From positions 6,664 through 70,663 of the forward strand of contig CAZMOS010000002.1 in assembly GCA_964567945.1 (NCBI GenBank): a DNA stretch of 64,000 nucleotides, written 5' to 3'. A program made the translations under genes and the position numbers. Each line of letters opens with the position of its first letter. The stretch's first letter is position 1. Below the pieces are notes generated by a model, which saw nothing but the letters and a program-made list of their open reading frames with translations, was not told where the DNA came from and did no database searches. Positions 19,621-29,037 of the stretch are shown here, in pieces. This DNA comes from an uncultured Lentimicrobiaceae bacterium. Lineage in GTDB: Bacteria > Bacteroidota > Bacteroidia > Bacteroidales > F082.

Positions 19621-20553
19621 ATGAACAAAGAAGCGTTTTCAATATATGTTCTTGACCCGGGGCTGCTAAACGAAAAGTCACTGCCGGAATTTACGGAACT
19701 GGTAAAAGAATTTCCGTATTGCCAGACAGCACGAATTCTGCTCACATTGAACCTTTTCAAAGAAAAACATGTGCTTTATGACACGCAGTTGAAATTAACT
19801 GCCGTCCAGACAGGAAACCGGCGGATGCTGAAAAAACACATTGATACCTTATCCGGGTCACCTGAAAAAGTTGTTTTGCCTGATGAAGATATTGAAGAAG
19901 TAACCATTACCGAAGGAAAAACAGAAGATGCCGGAATAGAACAAAAAGAAGAGGTTCAGGTTGAAGATAAAAGGCCGGAAGACAAAAAACAAACGGAATT
20001 TCCTGAAGAAATAAAGATGCCTGATGTGACTGTAGAACCCCAACCGGTTCACCAGGAAGAGGAAAAAGTTCAGGAAATTCCTCCTCCGGCAGAAGATGTT
20101 TCCCCCGAACCTGCACAAAAACCGGGTGATATTCTGCAACCCGTCGAAGGAAGCGCTTCACATTCCGATTTGATGCGAATTGTTGCCGAACGTCTCAGGT
20201 ATCTTGAAAGAGAAAAAAGTACATTGCCACCACAGCCTGTTCAGGAAAAAGAAAAACCTGAAAAAGAAATCCAACCTCTGCGGCCGCAAAGTGAACTCAT
20301 TGACGAATTTATAAAAAACGAACCCAGTATTGCACGACCCCAACATTCATTCTTTAATCCCGAAGAAGCAGCAAAAGAAAGTGTTGTTGACGAAGAAAAC
20401 ATTGTAAGTGAGACGCTTGCAAAGATATATTTTGACCAGAATCGCTTTGAAAAAGCCATCAGTATTTACAAAAAATTAAGTTTGAAATTTCCGGAAAAAA
20501 GTAGTTACTTTGCAGCCCTTATTCGAAAAGCAGAGGAAGAACTTAAAAATTAG
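19621..20553 (+). CDS. Hypothetical protein with an E/K/P-rich low-complexity centre and a TPR-like C-terminus
   Basis: 310 aa. The centre is acidic and proline-rich (EDKRPEDKKQTEFPEE...). The C-terminus reads LAKIYFDQNRFEKAISIYKKLSLKFPEKSSYFAALI and looks like a TPR. Confidence 0.65.
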   Translation: MNKEAFSIYVLDPGLLNEKSLPEFTELVKEFPYCQTARILLTLNLFKEKHVLYDTQLKLTAVQTGNRRMLKKHIDTLSGSPEKVVLPDEDIEEVTITEGKTEDAGIEQKEEVQVEDKRPEDKKQTEFPEEIKMPDVTVEPQPVHQEEEKVQEIPPPAEDVSPEPAQKPGDILQPVEGSASHSDLMRIVAERLRYLEREKSTLPPQPVQEKEKPEKEIQPLRPQSELIDEFIKNEPSIARPQHSFFNPEEAAKESVVDEENIVSETLAKIYFDQNRFEKAISIYKKLSLKFPEKSSYFAALIRKAEEELKN

Positions 20554-20557
20554 AACG

Positions 20558-20920
20558 ATGTATCTTTTTGTTTCCATTTTAATTTTGATCGTATGTGTGT
20601 TGCTCGGGCTTATTGTTTTGGTTCAGAACCCCAAAGGCGGTGGCCTGGCAGCCAATTTTACCGGAGCAGGTTCACAGTTTATGGGTGTGAGGCAAACAGC
20701 CGATTTTCTTGAAAAAGCAACCTGGACACTCTCGGTAGCTTTACTGGTGCTTGCCCTCACGGCAACTATGGTTATTCCGCGTGGTACGGTTGACACTTCG
20801 CAACAGGATACGCAGATGAAAAAACAAATCGAGGATTTTACAAAAAATGCCCCGGCACCTGTTGACTTTCAACCCCCTCCGCAACAGGGACAACCAAACC
20901 AGCAAGGGGGAGGTAAATAA
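20558..20920 (+). CDS. secG: Preprotein translocase subunit SecG
   Basis: MYLFVSILILIVCVLLGLIVLVQNPKGGGLAANF is the SecG signature, and a second TM helix follows. I moved the start to the ATG at 20558, just after the upstream stop at 20551-20553. Confidence 0.88.
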   Translation: MYLFVSILILIVCVLLGLIVLVQNPKGGGLAANFTGAGSQFMGVRQTADFLEKATWTLSVALLVLALTATMVIPRGTVDTSQQDTQMKKQIEDFTKNAPAPVDFQPPPQQGQPNQQGGGK

Positions 20921-20945
20921 GCCATAAAAAAATTATCTCATAAAT

Positions 20946-20984
20946 AAAATGTCAGAATGTCATACCGTTCTGACATTTTTTTTT
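20946..20984 (+). terminator. Rho-independent terminator after secG
   Basis: ATGTCAGAA-tgtcataccg-TTCTGACAT followed by TTTTTTTTT. Confidence 0.8.
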
Positions 20985-21053
20985 AATCACCGGTTTGGCA
21001 CAAAATGTGAAAACTCCCAAGTCCATGAATAATAACCAAAAAATCTGTTTGAT

Positions 21054-21326
21054 ATGATAAAGATAAAACCACTTGGCGAAAGGGTTGTTGTTGAACCCGC
21101 TCCCGCCGAAGAAAAAACTGCTGGCGGGATCATCATCCCTGATACGGCAAAAGAAAAACCCCAACAGGGAACTGTAGTAGCCGTACCCGAAAAAACCGAT
21201 GACAATCCCGTCACCGTAAAAGTGGGTGACAGGGTGCTGTACGGTAAATATGCAGGGACTGAAATTACAATTGATGACAAAGATTATCTGATCATGAATC
21301 AGTCGGATATTCTGGCTGTCATTTAA
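21054..21326 (+). CDS. groES: Co-chaperonin GroES
   Basis: 90 aa: [12 protein letters not shown]...[25 protein letters not shown]...[13 protein letters not shown]. Confidence 0.97.
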   Translation: MIKIKPLGERVVVEPAPAEEKTAGGIIIPDTAKEKPQQGTVVAVPEKTDDNPVTVKVGDRVLYGKYAGTEITIDDKDYLIMNQSDILAVI

Positions 21327-21359
21327 AACATTTATGAATTAAAATTAATCATTTAATAA

Positions 21360-23009
<1,650 letters not shown>

Positions 23010-23030
23010 TAAACAATTCCTTAAAAATTA

Positions 23031-23062
23031 AAACCCGTTTCATTGAGAAGCGGGTTTTTTTA
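23031..23062 (+). terminator. Rho-independent terminator after groEL
   Basis: AAACCCGTTTC-attga-GAAGCGGGTTT followed by TTTTT. Confidence 0.85.
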
Positions 23063-23167
23063 TATTCTTCACCCGGCTGGCAGACTTGTTCCCGCCGGGT
23101 TGAAATTGTTTGTCGTTTCAGTAAATATTCCTCCAAACCCTTTGGATTGAATTTCCAAGTTTTTTTC

Positions 23168-23221
23168 GACCCGCTGAAAGCTCCTCCCCACATGCCTGCC
23201 CGGTAGTCCGTTCAGCGGGTC
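23168..23221 (+). repeat. Intergenic repeat family A, copy 1
   Basis: An 11-bp stem GACCCGCTGAA / TTCAGCGGGTC encloses a 32-nt loop AGCTCCTCCCCACATGCCTGCCCGGTAGTCCG. The second copy is at 63430-63484 with its loop inverted. Confidence 0.75.
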
Positions 23222-23466
23222 AGGCAGCCCACCAAACCCGCTAATAAACAGATTTCAACTCACATTCAAAAAATCCCGAAGGGATGAAATTATTATAGAA
23301 AACGAAAAACACAAATCAACCCCGAAGGGGTGACATTATTCGGTTGTAAACCCTCCCCGGACACTATTTTCACCCAAAATCCACAAACATCTTTTTGCAC
23401 GCTAATGATGGCAGGTAAATTCAATACCGTTGTTACAAAAGTTTCTATTCATAGTATTATTTCTAT

Positions 23467-23474
23467 TAACTTTG
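23467..23474 (+). promoter_or_regulatory. -7 box TAACTTTG
   Basis: TAnnTTTG match 25 nt upstream of the ATG at 23499. Confidence 0.45.
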
Positions 23475-23498
23475 CTTTTGTTAACAAAAGTTTTGGAT

Positions 23499-24053
23499 AT
23501 GAAAACTTTTTTGAGTTTGATTTTTCTTTTGACAGGCATGCAGATTTATACCCAGCACTTAAAAAAAGAGATTAAACTGTATCCCATTCCCGTGGATTCG
23601 GCAACCCGCGTGATCCGTTTCCGCAATGTAGTTGATGTTGAAGGAAACAAAGAAGAATTGTATAAACGGTGTGTTTACTGGCTGAATGATTTTTATAAAG
23701 ACCCGACCCGGGTCACTACTTTGCGCGACCCCAAATCAGGAAAGATCGCAGGCCGGCATCAGTTCCGCATCTATTACTATGATAAGGATAGCGTAAAATA
23801 TGCTGCCGGCATGATCCGTTATTTTTTCACGATTGAATTTAAGGATAATCGTTACCGCTACACAATTGATAAAATCGTACTGAAATCCAATACTTACGTG
23901 CCTGTTGAAAAATGGCTCAACAAAAATGATCCGGCCTATGATCCGCGCTGGGACGATTATCTGCAACAAATAGCACGCTATGTGGACAAATGGAGTACCA
24001 GCCTGGAAGAAAAAATGGTACCTCCCGAAAAGGAAAAACCTGACATTTGGTAA
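23499..24053 (+). CDS. Secreted hypothetical protein, DUF4468-like (TBP-like fold family)
   Basis: Signal peptide MKTFLSLIFLLTGMQIYTQ. The core FFTIEFKDNRYRYTIDKIVL resembles the DUF4468 pattern. I moved the start from the track's 23430 to the ATG at 23499, downstream of the promoter box. Confidence 0.55.
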   Translation: MKTFLSLIFLLTGMQIYTQHLKKEIKLYPIPVDSATRVIRFRNVVDVEGNKEELYKRCVYWLNDFYKDPTRVTTLRDPKSGKIAGRHQFRIYYYDKDSVKYAAGMIRYFFTIEFKDNRYRYTIDKIVLKSNTYVPVEKWLNKNDPAYDPRWDDYLQQIARYVDKWSTSLEEKMVPPEKEKPDIW

Positions 24054-24114
24054 ATTTTTATAATTTTAAATTGAAAATGTTGTTGTTTCTTTGAATCTCT
24101 GAAAATCAACCGGA

Positions 24115-25452
24115 ATGCCGAGAAGAAGAAAACGTGATCTGATCATCAAGGGGTTCTCAAAACTCCTGAAGGAAGACAAGCTTAAGATTGTCGCCGAGCT
24201 GATGGATAAGCAGGTGGAAAGTATTGAGCTGATGAAAAGCTTTTGGCATACCGACCATAAAGTTCAGAAAATATTTGATGAATTCAGCGAAAACACAATT
24301 TCCAATTTTTATATTCCTTATGGTGTCACTCCTAATGTGTTGATCAACGGTAAAGCCTATCTCGTTCCGTTGGTTATCGAAGAAAGTTCGGTTGTTGCCG
24401 CCGCTTCTTCCAGCGCCAAATTCTGGTCCGAACACGGTGGGTTTCACTCCAACGTTGTGGATGTGATCAAAATCGGACAAGTCCATTTTATCTGGAAGGG
24501 TGACAAAGAAAAACTGTTGTCGGTATTTAACGAACTAACCGCTGCCCTCCGGAGGGCTACGGCCCACATTACCGCAAATATGGAAAAACGCGGTGGCGGC
24601 ATCCTGGATTTTGAACTGGTTGATTTGACCGACAAAATTGATGATTATTATCAGATCAAAGTTTCTTTCAATACCGTGGATTCCATGGGTGCCAATTTTA
24701 TCAATTCGTGCCTTGAAGAATTTGCCGGTGAACTAAAATCATTTTTCAGGAATCATCCTGTTTTTACCGGTAACGAAAAAGAATGCCTTGTTGTCATGTC
24801 TATCTTATCGAACTACACGCCGGATTGCCTGGTGAGGACATGGGTGGAATGTAACATTGAAGAATTGAACGAAATTGACAATGACCTTTCAGGAGAAGAG
24901 TTTGCCGAAAAGTTCAGGATGGCTGTAAAAATTGCAGAAGTGGATGAATACCGGGCCGCAACACACAACAAAGGTATTTTTAACGGTATTGATGCCGTGG
25001 CTATTGCTACAGGGAATGATTTCAGGGCCATAGAAGCGGCAGGGCATACCTACGCCTCGCGAACCGGAAAATACAAAAGTCTTTCCACCGTGGAAATCAA
25101 AGACGGGAGATTTAAGTTTTTGCTTGAACTGCCCCTGGCCATGGGAACCGTTGGCGGGCTGACCAATTTGCACCCGCTGGCAAAAAAATCACTGGAAATG
25201 CTGGGGAACCCTTCTGCGAAAAAATTAATGATGATTGCCTCGGCTGTCGGCCTGGCCAACAATTTTGCTGCAGTTAAGTCATTAGTGACCAAAGGAATCC
25301 AAATAGGGCACATGAAAATGCACCTTTTTAATATCCTGAATCACCTTCAGGCCAACGACGAAGAAAAGAAAAAAGCGGAAGAATATTTTCTCGGGCACAA
25401 AATTTCTTTTGCCAATGTGAACGATTATATTTCCAAACTCCGAAAACCTTGA
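24115..25452 (+). CDS. Hydroxymethylglutaryl-CoA reductase, class II
   Basis: Motifs ENTISNFYIPYGV..NVLINGKAYLVPLVIEESSVVAAASSSAKF, DSMGANFINS, and GTVGG near the C-terminus. Confidence 0.9.
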   Translation: MPRRRKRDLIIKGFSKLLKEDKLKIVAELMDKQVESIELMKSFWHTDHKVQKIFDEFSENTISNFYIPYGVTPNVLINGKAYLVPLVIEESSVVAAASSSAKFWSEHGGFHSNVVDVIKIGQVHFIWKGDKEKLLSVFNELTAALRRATAHITANMEKRGGGILDFELVDLTDKIDDYYQIKVSFNTVDSMGANFINSCLEEFAGELKSFFRNHPVFTGNEKECLVVMSILSNYTPDCLVRTWVECNIEELNEIDNDLSGEEFAEKFRMAVKIAEVDEYRAATHNKGIFNGIDAVAIATGNDFRAIEAAGHTYASRTGKYKSLSTVEIKDGRFKFLLELPLAMGTVGGLTNLHPLAKKSLEMLGNPSAKKLMMIASAVGLANNFAAVKSLVTKGIQIGHMKMHLFNILNHLQANDEEKKKAEEYFLGHKISFANVNDYISKLRKP

Positions 25453-26372
25453 CGACACGAAAAAGTTGGTATTCATCAGGAAAACTCCTGATCACGGGAG
25501 AATATCTTGTCCTTCACGGGGCAAAGGCATTGGCATTTCCGCTTAAAACAGGGCAACATCTTACCGTTTCGGAAAACAAAGAAAAAAAGCTGCACTGGCG
25601 TGCCATCGAACCCGAAGGCCTGTGGTTTCAGTGTATTTTCAACCTGCCTGATCTGGAAATAACGTATTCGCCGGAAAAGGAATCCTGCGAAAAACTGAAA
25701 AACATCCTGCTGGCAGCCCGTGCATTGAATCCTGATTTTTTGAAGAACGGGGAAAATGGTTTTGAAGTGGATACCATTCTGGAGTTTGACCCTGATTACG
25801 GCTTCGGTTCCAGTTCAACATTGCTCAACAACCTGGCCGGGTGGGCAGGTGTTGACCCTTTCAAACTCCAACAACTGACTTTTGAAGGATCAGGATATGA
25901 TATTGCCTGCGCTTCGGCAAGAAAACCGCTTATCTATCAACTCGTAAACCACCGGCCGGTAGTTACCGAAGTGGATTTCTTTCCTCCTTTTAAGAATAAC
26001 CTGTACTTTGTGTATTCGGGTCGCAAACAACGAACTTCTGAAAGTCTTCAGGAATTCAAAAAGTCCTCATTTGATCAAAACGATATTGATGCCATCAGCA
26101 ACATTACTGAAAGTATCCTTTTTACCAAAAGTTTGAATGAGTTTGAATCTTTATTGGATGAGCACGAAAACCGGATGTCGAAAATCCTGAACCTGCCCAA
26201 AGCCAAAGACCGTCTCTTTCCGGATCATCAAGGTGTGGTGAAATCCCTCGGCGCATGGGGCGGCGATTTTATGCTGATGACTTTCCACAACGAACCGGCT
26301 GAAGCGAAAAGATACCTGAAACATAAAGGATTTGAAGTTTTTTACCGGTTTGAAGAGATCGTGCATAAATAA
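25449..26372 (+). CDS. GYDIA-family GHMP kinase (mevalonate-pathway kinase-like)
   Basis: GKLLITGEYLVLHGAKALAFP, a GFGSSST phosphate-binding loop and the literal GSGYDIACA motif. There is a 4-nt overlap with the HMG-CoA reductase gene. Confidence 0.85.
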   Translation: MTTRKSWYSSGKLLITGEYLVLHGAKALAFPLKTGQHLTVSENKEKKLHWRAIEPEGLWFQCIFNLPDLEITYSPEKESCEKLKNILLAARALNPDFLKNGENGFEVDTILEFDPDYGFGSSSTLLNNLAGWAGVDPFKLQQLTFEGSGYDIACASARKPLIYQLVNHRPVVTEVDFFPPFKNNLYFVYSGRKQRTSESLQEFKKSSFDQNDIDAISNITESILFTKSLNEFESLLDEHENRMSKILNLPKAKDRLFPDHQGVVKSLGAWGGDFMLMTFHNEPAEAKRYLKHKGFEVFYRFEEIVHK

Positions 26373-26390
26373 AAATCTTTCATAATCTGA

Positions 26391-26675
26391 ACCTATGCAC
26401 GGTCTGCCGGGCAGGCAGTAGTTTTCAGGATTGGTGGTGGTGTTTCGGGTTACAACGTTTCTGACAGTTATTTATCAGAAATCTACAACAACGGAACCTA
26501 TTATGGACAGAATACGATATCGGAAAAAAGAAATGCTTTCGGTTTCAACATCATTCTGGAAGATTCCTATACTTTTTCCGGTAAATTCCTGGTCGGTCTG
26601 AAACTTTTCACCCAGCCTTATACAAACGGCGATATCAACTCGGGGATCATGCTAAAATTCGGTGTGGCATTTTAA
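26391..26675 (+). pseudogene. Orphan C-terminal fragment of an outer-membrane beta-barrel protein
   Basis: The frame is open from 26391, just after the TGA at 26388-26390, and has no start codon. It translates as ...FRIGGGVSGYNVSDSYLSEIYNNGTYYGQNTISEKRNAFGFNIILEDSYTFSGKFLVGLKLFTQPYTNGDINSGIMLKFGVAF*. The alternating beta-strand pattern and terminal Phe are typical of the last strands of an OMP barrel. Confidence 0.45.
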
Positions 26676-26681
26676 ATTAAC

Positions 26682-26733
26682 GGGGGGTTGACCTTTTGGG
26701 TCAAAGCAGGCCGGTGCGGCAGGTACCCGAAAG
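26682..26733 (+). repeat. Intergenic repeat family B, copy 2
   Basis: GGGGGGTTGACCTTTTGGGTCAAAGCAGGCCGGTGCGGCAGGTACCCGAAAG. It contains the hairpin TTGACC-tttt-GGTCAA and matches 12518-12567. Confidence 0.65.
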
Positions 26734-26837
26734 AAGAAAAACAGCAAGATTATATAATGTCTGTCTGTAAAATCCCGAAAATGTTGAAAATCAAAATATA
26801 CCGACATTACAGACAGGCACCAGTCCTGCCGGCACAC

Positions 26838-26861
26838 AAGGCCTGACGGGAAGACTGGCGC
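26838..26861 (+). repeat. Intergenic repeat family C, copy 1
   Basis: AAGGCCTGACGGGAAGACTGGCGC differs at 2 of 24 positions from 63588-63611. Both copies are preceded by a CAGACAGG-containing hairpin. Confidence 0.7.
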
Positions 26862-26909
26862 TAGTTGAGTGTCAGTAGTTATTTTCCTTTTTCCTTTAAT
26901 TATCAGGGA

Positions 26910-26917
26910 TACTTTTG
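26910..26917 (+). promoter_or_regulatory. -7 box TACTTTTG (adenine deaminase promoter)
   Basis: TAnnTTTG match 67 nt upstream of the ATG at 26984. Confidence 0.4.
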
Positions 26918-26983
26918 TCTGCGGAAAGAACTTTCAAGTAATCCTTAAAAACATTAATTTTGACACCATTCAAATACAGTATC

Positions 26984-28627
26984 ATGCAACACGAAAATTC
27001 ATTTTCCCTTTCGGGGAATATCATTGACCTGCATACCGAAACCCTGTTCAAAGGAACTGTTCACGTAGAAAACGGATTTATCAAGTCCGTTGTCAGGGAT
27101 GATTCGGTGACGGAAGACCATTTCATACTTCCCGGGCTGATTGATTCCCATATCCACATCGAAAGCTCTATGCTGGTACCTTCCGAGTTTGCCCGGCTGG
27201 CTGTGATCCACGGCACGGTGGCCACTGTTTCCGACCCGCATGAGATCGCCAATGTGCTGGGCATTCCCGGTGTTGATTTTATGATCGAAAACGGCAAAAA
27301 GGTACCTTTCAAGTTCTATTTCGGCGCTTCGGCCTGTGTGCCCGCCACACCGTTTGAAACTGCCGGAAGCGCACTGGGCCCCAAAGAGCTGGACGACCTG
27401 CTCGGCAGGGAAGAGATCAAATATTTATCGGAGATGATGAACTACCCCGGCGTCATCCGGCACGATGATTCAGAAATGCAAAAAATTGCCATCGCCCGCA
27501 AATACGGCAAACCGGCTGACGGCCATGCCCCCGGTGTGAAAGGAGACGATGCCCGGAAATATGCCGAAGCAGGTATTACCACCGATCACGAGTGTTATAC
27601 AATGGAAGAAGCGCTGGACAAGCTGAAATATGGTATGAAAATCCAGATTCGTGAAGGCAGCGCCGCCAAAAATTTTGAAGCGCTCATCGGATTAATGGAT
27701 AAATATGCCGACCGCATTCTTTTCTGCTCGGACGACAAGCACCCCGACGACCTTGCGGAAGGTCATATCAATCAATTGGTCAAACGGGCAGTTGCCAAAG
27801 GATATGATCCCCTGAAGGTTTTGAAAAGCGCCATCCTCAATCCCATAAAACACTACAACCTGGATGTGGGAACGCTGCAAACCGGCGATCCGGCTGATAT
27901 GATCGTTGTGGATAACCTGCAGGATTTTAATATTCTTCAAACGTATGTGGATGGCATCAAAGTCGCCGAAAAGGGGAAGACTCTGATCGGGCACATTCAA
28001 ACAGACCACCCCAATGCCTTCAACGCATTGCCCATAACTGCCGACCAGATACGTACTCCGGCAAAAGGTGAAAAATTAAAAGTGATCGTTGCCTATGACG
28101 GTGAACTCATCACGGGAATAAAATACGTAACCCCAAAAGTTATTGACGGCTATTTGATCAGCAATACCAAAAACGATATCCTCAAGATCGTTGTACTTAA
28201 CAGGTACAGGAAAGCCGACCCGGCTGTGGCTTTTATCCATAACTTCGGATTGAAAACAGGGGCCATTGCATCCAGTGTGGCACACGACAGCCACAACATC
28301 GTGGCCGTGGGAACCGATGATGAACAGATTGTGAAAGCCATTAATCTTGTTATAGCTCAAAAAGGAGGCATCTCGATTGTCATGGGCAACGAACAAAAAG
28401 GTTTACCATTGCCCGTAGCCGGTTTAATGTCGGACCTGGACGGCTACCAGGTGGCCGCCCAATACCATGAACTGGACAAGGAAGCCCACCGGATGGGATC
28501 AGCCCTGCGTGCCCCTTTTATGACACTCTCGTTTATGGCCTTGCTGGTCATCCCCGAACTGAAATTAAGTGATAAAGGGCTATTTGACGGCAATACATTT
28601 TCTTTTACTTCCATTTTCATAAATTAA
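26984..28627 (+). CDS. ade: Adenine deaminase
   Basis: ILPGLIDSHIHIESSMLVPSEFARLAVIHGTVATVSDPHEIANV is the amidohydrolase metal site as found in Ade. Length is about 547 aa. I chose the ATG at 26984 over the TTG at 26960. Confidence 0.9.
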   Translation: MQHENSFSLSGNIIDLHTETLFKGTVHVENGFIKSVVRDDSVTEDHFILPGLIDSHIHIESSMLVPSEFARLAVIHGTVATVSDPHEIANVLGIPGVDFMIENGKKVPFKFYFGASACVPATPFETAGSALGPKELDDLLGREEIKYLSEMMNYPGVIRHDDSEMQKIAIARKYGKPADGHAPGVKGDDARKYAEAGITTDHECYTMEEALDKLKYGMKIQIREGSAAKNFEALIGLMDKYADRILFCSDDKHPDDLAEGHINQLVKRAVAKGYDPLKVLKSAILNPIKHYNLDVGTLQTGDPADMIVVDNLQDFNILQTYVDGIKVAEKGKTLIGHIQTDHPNAFNALPITADQIRTPAKGEKLKVIVAYDGELITGIKYVTPKVIDGYLISNTKNDILKIVVLNRYRKADPAVAFIHNFGLKTGAIASSVAHDSHNIVAVGTDDEQIVKAINLVIAQKGGISIVMGNEQKGLPLPVAGLMSDLDGYQVAAQYHELDKEAHRMGSALRAPFMTLSFMALLVIPELKLSDKGLFDGNTFSFTSIFIN

Positions 28628-28664
28628 AATTATTTAGAACAAGTATAAAATAGTTGTAAACAGT

Positions 28665-28702
28665 AATATATGTAAATATATTATTGCGTTGCATACATGT
28701 AT
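28665..28702. promoter_or_regulatory. Two AT-rich palindromes, candidate ArsR-family operator
   Basis: AATATAT-gtaa-ATATATT (28665-28682) and the perfect palindrome ATACATGTAT (28693-28702) lie immediately upstream of the -7 box of the ArsR-family gene. Confidence 0.3.
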
Positions 28703-28707
28703 ATTTT

Positions 28708-28715
28708 TACTTTTG
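28708..28715 (+). promoter_or_regulatory. -7 box TACTTTTG
   Basis: TAnnTTTG match 20 nt upstream of the ATG at 28735. Confidence 0.5.
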
Positions 28716-28734
28716 CGGCAAATGAATATCAAAC

Positions 28735-29031
28735 ATGGAACATTTGATTATTAATCTTAACAAATTGGAATCGGCAGCCGGTAAACTGAGGGTGATCTCA
28801 CACCCTATGCGAATTGCCATTATTGAATTGCTTTCAATAAACGACAGGATGAGTGTTACACAGATCTATGAAGAGTTGAATATTGAACAGGCAACTGCAT
28901 CACATCATTTGAATATTTTAAAAAACAATGGTATCCTGTTATCGCGCAGAGAAGGGAAAAAGATATACTACAGCCTAAAAAACCGTGTACTAACCGATAT
29001 TGTTGATTGCATCAATCGTTGTAACGATTAG
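28735..29031 (+). CDS. ArsR/SmtB-family winged-helix transcriptional regulator
   Basis: 98 aa: LRVISHPMRIAIIELLSINDRMSVTQIYEELNIEQATASHHLNILKNNGILLSRREGKKIYYSL. Confidence 0.88.
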   Translation: MEHLIINLNKLESAAGKLRVISHPMRIAIIELLSINDRMSVTQIYEELNIEQATASHHLNILKNNGILLSRREGKKIYYSLKNRVLTDIVDCINRCND

Positions 29032-29037
29032 CAGGAT

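Noticed and set aside
20990-21010. Sigma-54 promoter upstream of groES (TTGGCACAAAATGTGAAAA)
   Set aside because: The -24 TGGCAC element is present, but the -12 element reads GTGA instead of TTGC, so the invariant GC at the GG-N10-GC spacing is missing. It is kept only as a remark in a finding and is not annotated as a feature.
26652-26837. 61-aa minus-strand ORF (MCRQDWCLSV...)
   Set aside because: It lies entirely within the family B/C repeat mosaic and is a translation artefact.
26880-26983. Purine riboswitch in the adenine deaminase leader
   Set aside because: The 67-nt leader has no three-way-junction pattern and no conserved loop-loop motifs. It looks like an ordinary AT-rich leader.
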